This document shows positions 5,568 through 11,797 of a stretch of DNA of 11,797 nt, one piece after another. The DNA is from Planctomycetales bacterium (GTDB taxonomy: Bacteria; 4484-113): positions 1 to 11,797 of the forward strand of contig JBBIJQ010000059.1 in assembly GCA_037445915.1 (NCBI GenBank), given 5' to 3'. Both the position numbers and the translations under genes were made by a program. The number at the start of each line of letters is the position of its first letter. Position 1 is the stretch's first letter. Under the pieces are notes generated by a model, which was given only the letters and a program-made list of their open reading frames with translations, searched no databases and was not told the origin of the DNA.

Positions 5568-8132
5568 ATGAACGAACAACAACCACAGCGCATTGCGTCC
5601 GTGGAAGACCTGACCAGGAACTACAGCGCCGCCGAGACAGAGCCGCGCTGGCAGAAGTTCTGGGAGGACGAGGGAGTTTTCCGCTTCAACAAAGCGGCGT
5701 CTCACGACCGCATTTTTTCGGTGGACACGCCACCGCCAACCGTCTCAGGCGCGCTGCACATCGGGCACGTCTATTCCTATACCCACGCCGATATCGTCGT
5801 GCGCTACAAGCGCATGTGCGGCTACGAAGTGTTCTACCCCTTCGGCTTTGACGACAACGGGCTAGCCACGGAGCGGCTCGTGGAGCGTGTGCGCAAGGTG
5901 CGCGCGTTTGAGATGCCGCGCGAGCAGTTCATTGACCTTTGCCTGGAAGTGAGCCGGGAGCAGGAAGCCGAGTTCAAAGACCTTTGGCAGGCCGTCGGCA
6001 TCTCCTGCGACTGGACGGAAGAATACACGACCATCAATGAGCGCTGCCGCCGCATCGCGCAGCGATCGTTCCTTGAGCTCCTGCGCAAGGGCGAAGTCTA
6101 TCGCAAAGAAGCGCCGTCTCTTTGGTGCCCCCAGTGCCGCACCGCCATCGCGCAGGCTGAGATTGAGGACGCGGAGCACCCGTCGCAGTTCCACGAAATC
6201 GTCTTTACGCTGGACGACGGCACGCCGGTGAACATCGCCACTACGCGCCCCGAGCTGCTTCCCGCATGCGTCGCGGTAATCGCGCATCCCGATGACGAGC
6301 GCTATGCGAAATACATGGGGCGCAAGATTCGCACGCCGCACTTCAACGCCGAAGTGACCGTAATGCCTGACGAGGCGGTTGACCCGGAAAAGGGAACCGG
6401 CATCGTCATGTGCTGCACCTTCGGCGACACGACCGACATAGAATGGTGGCAGCGCTACAGCCTGGAGACTAAGGTTTGCATTGACGAGGGCGGGCGGTTA
6501 AACGAGCTTGCCGGAGAATTCGCGGGAATGAAGCTCATTGAAGGCCGTAAGGCGATTGTGGAAGCGTTGCGCATTGAGGGACTGCTCACGCGCTCGTGGG
6601 ACATCCAGCACATGGTCAACTGCCATGAGCGCTGCGGGACGCCGCTTGAGTTCATAATCACCAACCAGTGGTTCATCCGCCTGCTGGACAAGAAAGAAGC
6701 CCTTATTGTGGCCGGCGCGCAATGCCGCTGGTTTCCCGAATTCATGGGCGTGCGCTTCCGCCACTGGGTTGAGAACTTGAAGTGGGACTGGTGCGTAAGC
6801 CGCCAGCGTTATTACGGCGTACCGTTCCCGCTATGGTATTGCGCGGCGTGCGGCGAGACAATTCCCGCGCGCGACGAAGACCTGCCAGTGAACCCGCTCG
6901 CTGACAAGCCGCCGGTGGACAAGTGCCCCAAGTGCGGCAGCAGCGAAATCGCGGGTGAGCGCGACGTCTTTGACACGTGGATGACCAGTTCTATGACGCC
7001 GCAGGTGAACTGCCACTGGCGCGAAGAGGGCGACCGCATGGCGCAGCTATTCCCCATGTCGCTACGCCCGCAGGCGCACGACATCATACGCACCTGGGCT
7101 TTTTACACCATCGCCAAAGCGCTGTTGCACGAAGGCAAGACGCCGTGGCGCGATGTGATGATTAGCGGGCACGCGCAGGACCCTGGGCGCAAGAAGATTT
7201 CCAAGAGCAAGTCGGACACGGTGAACCCGCGCACGATGATTACGCAGTTCTCGGCGGACGTCGTGCGCCATTGGGCGTCAGGCGTGAAGCTCGGCGCGGA
7301 CACTTTCATTGACCTGCACGACCCGCGCAAGTCTTTTGAGGGCGGGAAGCGGCTGGTAACGAAGCTTTATAACGCCAGCAAGTTCGCGCACGCGCACCTG
7401 CTCGGCTTCAATCCCGCCGGGCGCGACCTAGCGCCGTTGGTTACGCATATCGTTGACCAGTGGCTCGTTGGGCGGCTGGCGAAGACGGTTCGCCGGGCGA
7501 CCGCCGAGATGGAAAAATACGAATATTCAGAAGCGCTGGCAGCGGTTGAGCGCTTCTTCTGGAACGATTTTTGCGACAACTACCTTGAGCTGTCCAAGGG
7601 CAGGCTTTACGGCGAAGTAGCGGAAGGCGGCGACGCGGCGCAGGCGGAATGCCTGAAGCTGAGCGCTCAGGCTGCGCTATACATAGCGCTGGAAGCAGTG
7701 CTCAAGCTCTTCGCGCCGTTCGTGCCGCACATCGCCGAAGAAGTGTGGCACTGGTATTTCGCCTCCAACAGCGAATGCAACAGCATCCACAACTGCCGCT
7801 GGCCATCCGCCGCCGAGTTTGAGCCTGCGCTGCTGCTTGAGAGCGAGCGGAAGGGCGTGGTCCTTGTTGAAGCGCTAGGGCTCGTGCGCAAGGCGAAGAG
7901 CGACTTGAACATCTCAATCAAGAAGCAGGCAAAGTCGCTGACCATTGGCTTTACCGACGCAAGCGCAGTAAACGTGCAGGCGCTTGACGACCTGGCGGAG
8001 CTGCGCGCAGACTTGCTTGCGACAGCAAACGTGGACGAGCTGATACTCAAAGCGGAAGCGCTGCCTGAAGGCGTGCAGCTTGAAGGCGGGAAGCTTAAGG
8101 CCGCGCTTGAGCCGCATCCGGAGGCGGAATAG
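5568..8132 (+). CDS. valS: Valine--tRNA ligase, archaeal-like (type 2)
   Basis: Motifs: DTPPPTVSGALHIGH (HIGH at 5757-5768), PFGFDDNGLATER, IATTRPELL, DPEKGTGIVMCCTFGD, WDWCVSRQRYYGVPFP, RPQAHDIIRTWAFYT, the KMSKS-equivalent KISKS (7194-7208), and the anticodon-binding FFWNDFCDNYLE and LFAPFVPHIAEEVW. Confidence 0.97.
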   Translation: MNEQQPQRIASVEDLTRNYSAAETEPRWQKFWEDEGVFRFNKAASHDRIFSVDTPPPTVSGALHIGHVYSYTHADIVVRYKRMCGYEVFYPFGFDDNGLATERLVERVRKVRAFEMPREQFIDLCLEVSREQEAEFKDLWQAVGISCDWTEEYTTINERCRRIAQRSFLELLRKGEVYRKEAPSLWCPQCRTAIAQAEIEDAEHPSQFHEIVFTLDDGTPVNIATTRPELLPACVAVIAHPDDERYAKYMGRKIRTPHFNAEVTVMPDEAVDPEKGTGIVMCCTFGDTTDIEWWQRYSLETKVCIDEGGRLNELAGEFAGMKLIEGRKAIVEALRIEGLLTRSWDIQHMVNCHERCGTPLEFIITNQWFIRLLDKKEALIVAGAQCRWFPEFMGVRFRHWVENLKWDWCVSRQRYYGVPFPLWYCAACGETIPARDEDLPVNPLADKPPVDKCPKCGSSEIAGERDVFDTWMTSSMTPQVNCHWREEGDRMAQLFPMSLRPQAHDIIRTWAFYTIAKALLHEGKTPWRDVMISGHAQDPGRKKISKSKSDTVNPRTMITQFSADVVRHWASGVKLGADTFIDLHDPRKSFEGGKRLVTKLYNASKFAHAHLLGFNPAGRDLAPLVTHIVDQWLVGRLAKTVRRATAEMEKYEYSEALAAVERFFWNDFCDNYLELSKGRLYGEVAEGGDAAQAECLKLSAQAALYIALEAVLKLFAPFVPHIAEEVWHWYFASNSECNSIHNCRWPSAAEFEPALLLESERKGVVLVEALGLVRKAKSDLNISIKKQAKSLTIGFTDASAVNVQALDDLAELRADLLATANVDELILKAEALPEGVQLEGGKLKAALEPHPEAE

Positions 8133-10041
8133 GCGCATCGCTTCGCTGTGGGAACATTGAGCCGCCCGGCAGGAACTGCGTGATGTCGGTCATCTCAACG
8201 CCGCGCTCGTGCAGCACCTTATAAACCTTTACCGGCGCGGTTCGTCCCTTCACCACCGTCTCGCCGAGAAGCTCAAGGATGAACCCATCGCCTAGCTTTT
8301 CCTGCACATCGCCGCTAATCAATATCGCAGTGCCGAAATGTTTAGTTTCGCTTTCCAGACGCGACGCCACGTTCACCACGTCGCCGATGCATGTGTAATC
8401 CATGCGCTTTGCCGAGCCGACGTTGCCCATAATGACGTGCCCGAAATGGATACCGATGCCCACGCGGAAATGCGGCACTGGAAGCCCGGCGACGATGCCG
8501 TCCATATGGCCAACCAGCATCTCCACCATTTCCAGCGCTGAGCGCACCGCGTCGGCGCAAGGATTTCCGCGGAGGACCGGCGCGCCGAATATCGCCATTA
8601 CGCCGTCACCCATAAACTTGTCCACAAAGCCGCCGTTGCGCATGATGATGTCGGAAATCTCGGTAAGGTAGCGGTTGAGGAACTCAACAGTCTGGTGCGG
8701 GTCAAGCTTCTCGGAAATCGTGGAGTAGTTCCGGATGTCGGTAAACAGCAGCGCGACTTCGCGGTCAATACCGCCGAGGTCGGCTAAGTCGGGGTTATCA
8801 ATGATTTCCTTCACGATGTCCGGCGCCATGTAACGGCTGAATGTCGCGCGGATGCGACGCTTCTCCGCCTCTTCAGTAAGCACGCGGAATGACAACGAAA
8901 AGAAGAAGGCGAAGAACAGCGTCGCGCTCGGGTAAGTAAACGGCATCTGTAAGTTGTGGAATATAAACGCCCAGACGATAGCTGCCTCATAGGCAACTAA
9001 AACAGCCGTGAATGCGATGAAACTCGGCACCGGCCGCAGGAAGGCGGTAAATAGCCAAGCCAGCAGCGCGAGCAGTATCACGAATACCGTTATCAGATAC
9101 CTGTCAACGGTGCGGATGGCGTTTCCTATGAGGAGCGTATTCAATGCCTGCGTATTGGTCTCAACGCCGTACATTTCCCCGAAAGGCGTCATAAAATAGT
9201 CGTTGTCGGCCTTGGCGCGGCTGCCTATGAAGACCACCGAGTCCTTGAACTTGCCCCAGTCCATAGCCTGCGTGCCGCCTCCAAAGCTCTTCTCAACCAG
9301 CTCCGGGAAAAAGAGCATGAACTGGTCGGATGGCACCGAGCCGTCTGGCCCGATGTAGTTCACGATGAAGTCGCCATTATCTGAGATGCCAAGCGTGCCG
9401 GGAAACTCATCCATCGCCTTGCTGCCGCTTTCGGACAGTATGCGGTATGCCTGCGCCGCCTGGGAATAAAGCGTCTCGCCGCCAGCCGATTCTATGATCG
9501 CGTATTCCTTCTCCTTGTAGGAGAGCCTCTGCGCCGTATTGACGACCGCCAATAGAGGATGCCCTTCCATTATCACGTCTGTGGGCTGTTCCAGCGACTG
9601 TTGGACAGCTTCAAGGCCTGACGAGAACTTGCTTTCCACAAGGGCGCAAGAAAGGATTACCGACGTTCCTTTTTCCCTCGCGTAGTTGATGGCGTCGCGC
9701 ATAGCCTCGTCTTCGGCTTCTTCAAACGGCTCGGTTGAAAACAAGATGTCAAAGACGACTATTTTCGCCCTTGCGTTTGCGAGCTTCTTGATAAGCTCCG
9801 CATGCAGCGTGCGCGGAAAGGGGTACGCGACTCCTGCTTCCTGCAGGAGGGAGATGGAATTGTCGTCAATCCCGGCAATGAAGATATTCGGGGCAGGGCT
9901 CAGCTTGCCGCGAATGTGGAATACGGTGCGCTTGAAAAAGAGCTCGGCGTAATCGGTCGCGCCGATGCTGTGAATGTATGTAGCGATTGCCAGCCCGATG
10001 AAGGCGAATATAACTGCCGTCAGTCGCCGCTTGAGAGACAT
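8095..10041 (-). CDS. CHASE2-domain membrane-bound class III adenylate cyclase
   Basis: An N-terminal TM precedes CHASE2 motifs IAGIDDNS, YPFPRTLHAELIKKL, IVVFDILF and YGVETNTQALNTLL, then three TM helices and EKRRIRATFSRYM. The cyclase core has LFTDIRNYS and VDKFMGDG (two metal-binding Asp and the adenine-specifying Lys), GIGIHFG, and RMDYTCIGDVVNVASRLE (specificity Asp, catalytic Asn/Arg). The Lys/Asp pair indicates ATP rather than GTP. Confidence 0.95.
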   Translation of the reverse strand: MSLKRRLTAVIFAFIGLAIATYIHSIGATDYAELFFKRTVFHIRGKLSPAPNIFIAGIDDNSISLLQEAGVAYPFPRTLHAELIKKLANARAKIVVFDILFSTEPFEEAEDEAMRDAINYAREKGTSVILSCALVESKFSSGLEAVQQSLEQPTDVIMEGHPLLAVVNTAQRLSYKEKEYAIIESAGGETLYSQAAQAYRILSESGSKAMDEFPGTLGISDNGDFIVNYIGPDGSVPSDQFMLFFPELVEKSFGGGTQAMDWGKFKDSVVFIGSRAKADNDYFMTPFGEMYGVETNTQALNTLLIGNAIRTVDRYLITVFVILLALLAWLFTAFLRPVPSFIAFTAVLVAYEAAIVWAFIFHNLQMPFTYPSATLFFAFFFSLSFRVLTEEAEKRRIRATFSRYMAPDIVKEIIDNPDLADLGGIDREVALLFTDIRNYSTISEKLDPHQTVEFLNRYLTEISDIIMRNGGFVDKFMGDGVMAIFGAPVLRGNPCADAVRSALEMVEMLVGHMDGIVAGLPVPHFRVGIGIHFGHVIMGNVGSAKRMDYTCIGDVVNVASRLESETKHFGTAILISGDVQEKLGDGFILELLGETVVKGRTAPVKVYKVLHERGVEMTDITQFLPGGSMFPQRSDAPIPPPDAAQARP

Positions 10042-10051
10042 CAGCTATCGC

Positions 10052-10071
10052 GCCGACGCAATTGCGCCGGC
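10052..10071 (-). other. Intercistronic GC-rich hairpin / near-palindrome
   Basis: The minus strand reads GCCGGCGC-AATT-GCGTCGGC: an 8-bp stem with one G-U pair and a 4-nt loop. It fills most of the 32-bp gap between the two genes and has no U-tract. Confidence 0.55.
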
Positions 10072-10073
10072 AA

Positions 10074-11797
10074 TTACTCACTCATCGAAAAGGCAATTTC
10101 CACCTCAGCGCCACCGCCATCAGTGGCGCCGATGCGCTGGCCGGACGCAGTAAAAAGCCGGATTTCAGAGAAACTGAACAGCGCTATGCCGGCCTCCTGC
10201 GCCATAAACGAGATTTCGGCAAACGCGCCACTTCCTGATAACGGGCTTGTCCCGGACGGAATCTCACCGGAGATGGCCATCCTGCCGCGCCCGTCATCAC
10301 CAAAGAACAGCGTCGTGCGGTTAGTAACTCCTAAACGCACTCCGCTGCTGAACTCAACCAAAGAGGGGTCGTAGTTAATGACTATCTCCCAGCGGGCGAG
10401 CATGGCGACTTCGTCAACATCAACTCGCAGCCTTATCGGCTCTCCAAGCATCACCGGCGTCGGACCGATTACGGCAAGCCCGAAATCAACTATCTGCCCT
10501 GCCGGGTAGAAGAGGTTAAGCGAGCGGGTTTCCGAATCAATGTTGATGACGGCGGAAGTTTGGTGGTAGCTTTCGCTAGTATCTGCGCCCCATTGCTGGA
10601 AGTCAAACATCCCGCGAACGAACCAGGTGAACTCAACGGATGCGCCTTCGCTGAATAGGGCCAGGAACGGGCTGGAAGCGCTGGTCACAAGTTCAGGGAT
10701 GGAGAGGTCCATTGAGTTGCCGACGAACTGTCGCACCATTTCATACCCGCCAGCCCGCAAGTGAAGCTCAAATCCTGCGAAGTACTCCTCGCCTGCCGCT
10801 TCAAATTCAAAGAAAATGGAGTCGTCATCCGGATAGAAGTACTCTTTGTTGTCATCCGGAGATATGAGCACAATCATCGGCTCCTCGGCGTTAATCTCGC
10901 CTTGGAGCCTCAATTCAACTACGTCAGGCACGCCGTCATTGTCTGTGTCAATGCTCCCGTAGCGGATGTCGCGCGCTGGGTCACGGCTCTCAATAACACC
11001 CCGAATGTCGTCCAGCAGTTCGCGCGGATCGTATTTCGCAGAAAGGGAAAGTTCAATGGTCTCGTAGCGGCTGCGAATCCGCGCGCTGGAATCACGGCAA
11101 GTGACAATATCCCCGCTAATGGCGGCTCCTGATTCTTCTGTACCGGGTGTGGGTTCATCGCCTGTTACTATCCAGCCAAGTGATAGGTCGGCGGATAGTG
11201 AAGCAACAAGCTCGCCGGCTGCCTCGTCAAGCTGGTCGCACTGCTCCATAACCGGTTGTAGGTTGAAGTAAAGCAGTTCAACGCGCGCAGTGTCGCCTGC
11301 GGCTTCATAGCGAACGTATTCCTGGTAAAACTCGTCCATGCGAACGGCTAACAGCCGAAAACGGTTCGCAAGAGCATTGAAGCGGGAGATGTATTGCTGC
11401 TCGGTGTAAGTGGGCACCTCGGCTTCGTCCTCGCCGCCAGCGCCCTCCCACGTCGCGTCAGTGATCTCCGGCCCGCTAGGCGGCTGGCCTGGCTTCACGC
11501 CGACTCGCTGGCCTGCGCTGACTTCCTGCGTAACGCCCTGTGCGATGACTTCAAAGCTCCCTTCATAACCAGTAAAATCAGACGTGCCGTCGATGGCAAC
11601 ATCCACGCCCAGCCTGGTCCCGCGCACTACTGCCAGGGCAGTCGGGGTTTCAACCTCAAAGGTTGAGCCGGGTGATAGCGCTTCCTGCAAGTTGAATAGG
11701 AAGCCGCCCATCACCGTCTTTACCTTAGCCCCGCCTTCCGCCTTAAGCTCTTTCACGTTCAGGACGGAGTTCTCCTTAATTATCACCAGCGTGTTAT
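10074..11797 (-). CDS. FecR-domain protein with a DxDxDG motif and C-terminal cohesin-like domain; 5'-truncated at the window edge
   Basis: The frame stays open past the track's GTG at 11786 to the edge (..NTLVIIKENSVLNV). The FecR signature is FEVETPTALAVVRGTRLGVDV...YEGSFEV...EVSAGQRV, and DTDNDGVPD lies at 10923-10949. The cohesin-like C-terminus reads GEPIRLRVDV...WEIVINYDPSLVEF...LSGSGAFAEISFMAQEAG. Confidence 0.88.
   Translation of the reverse strand, partial: NTLVIIKENSVLNVKELKAEGGAKVKTVMGGFLFNLQEALSPGSTFEVETPTALAVVRGTRLGVDVAIDGTSDFTGYEGSFEVIAQGVTQEVSAGQRVGVKPGQPPSGPEITDATWEGAGGEDEAEVPTYTEQQYISRFNALANRFRLLAVRMDEFYQEYVRYEAAGDTARVELLYFNLQPVMEQCDQLDEAAGELVASLSADLSLGWIVTGDEPTPGTEESGAAISGDIVTCRDSSARIRSRYETIELSLSAKYDPRELLDDIRGVIESRDPARDIRYGSIDTDNDGVPDVVELRLQGEINAEEPMIVLISPDDNKEYFYPDDDSIFFEFEAAGEEYFAGFELHLRAGGYEMVRQFVGNSMDLSIPELVTSASSPFLALFSEGASVEFTWFVRGMFDFQQWGADTSESYHQTSAVINIDSETRSLNLFYPAGQIVDFGLAVIGPTPVMLGEPIRLRVDVDEVAMLARWEIVINYDPSLVEFSSGVRLGVTNRTTLFFGDDGRGRMAISGEIPSGTSPLSGSGAFAEISFMAQEAGIALFSFSEIRLFTASGQRIGATDGGGAEVEIAFSMSE

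Noticed and set aside
4205-8050. Many 60-160 aa alternative-frame and antisense ORFs within rimO and valS
   Set aside because: These are expected shadows of GC-rich codon bias in conserved genes and have no domain signatures or start signals.
9802-10374. 190-aa plus-strand ORF spanning the cyclase/FecR junction
   Set aside because: It is antisense to two well-supported genes and has no recognisable motif.
11784-11786. GTG at 11786 as the start of the FecR protein
   Set aside because: The frame is open to the window edge and this position is inside the FecR domain, so the real start is outside the window.
3415-11797. Sigma factor and FecR protein as a FecI/FecR pair
   Set aside because: They are about 6 kb apart and separated by housekeeping genes. 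The sigma is not FecI-like, and the FecR gene's immediate neighbour is the CHASE2 cyclase.
1-11797. CRISPR array, tRNA/rRNA, transposase or integrase
   Set aside because: I saw no regularly spaced repeats or recombinase motifs. The window is almost fully coding and the largest gap is 170 bp.

Overview
Gene-dense bacterial window with seven CDSs in three blocks. (1) A minus-strand, translationally coupled trio: a compact FliA/SigF-like sigma-70 factor (3415-4026), a 751-aa signal-peptide protein with two later TM helices (1163-3418), and a polytopic membrane protein that is absent from the ORF track and runs off the left edge (<1-1166). (2) A divergent plus-strand housekeeping pair, rimO (4197-5561) and an archaeal-type valS (5568-8132). 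(3) A convergent minus-strand signalling pair: a 5'-truncated FecR-domain protein ending in a cohesin-like domain (10074->11797) and a CHASE2-3TM class III adenylate cyclase (8095-10041), which overlaps the valS 3' end by 38 bp. The best candidates for an undescribed system are the FecR-cohesin/CHASE2 cyclase pair and the sigma-led envelope operon. I saw no rRNA, tRNA, CRISPR array or mobile element. Domain calls come from recognising motifs by eye, not from searches.
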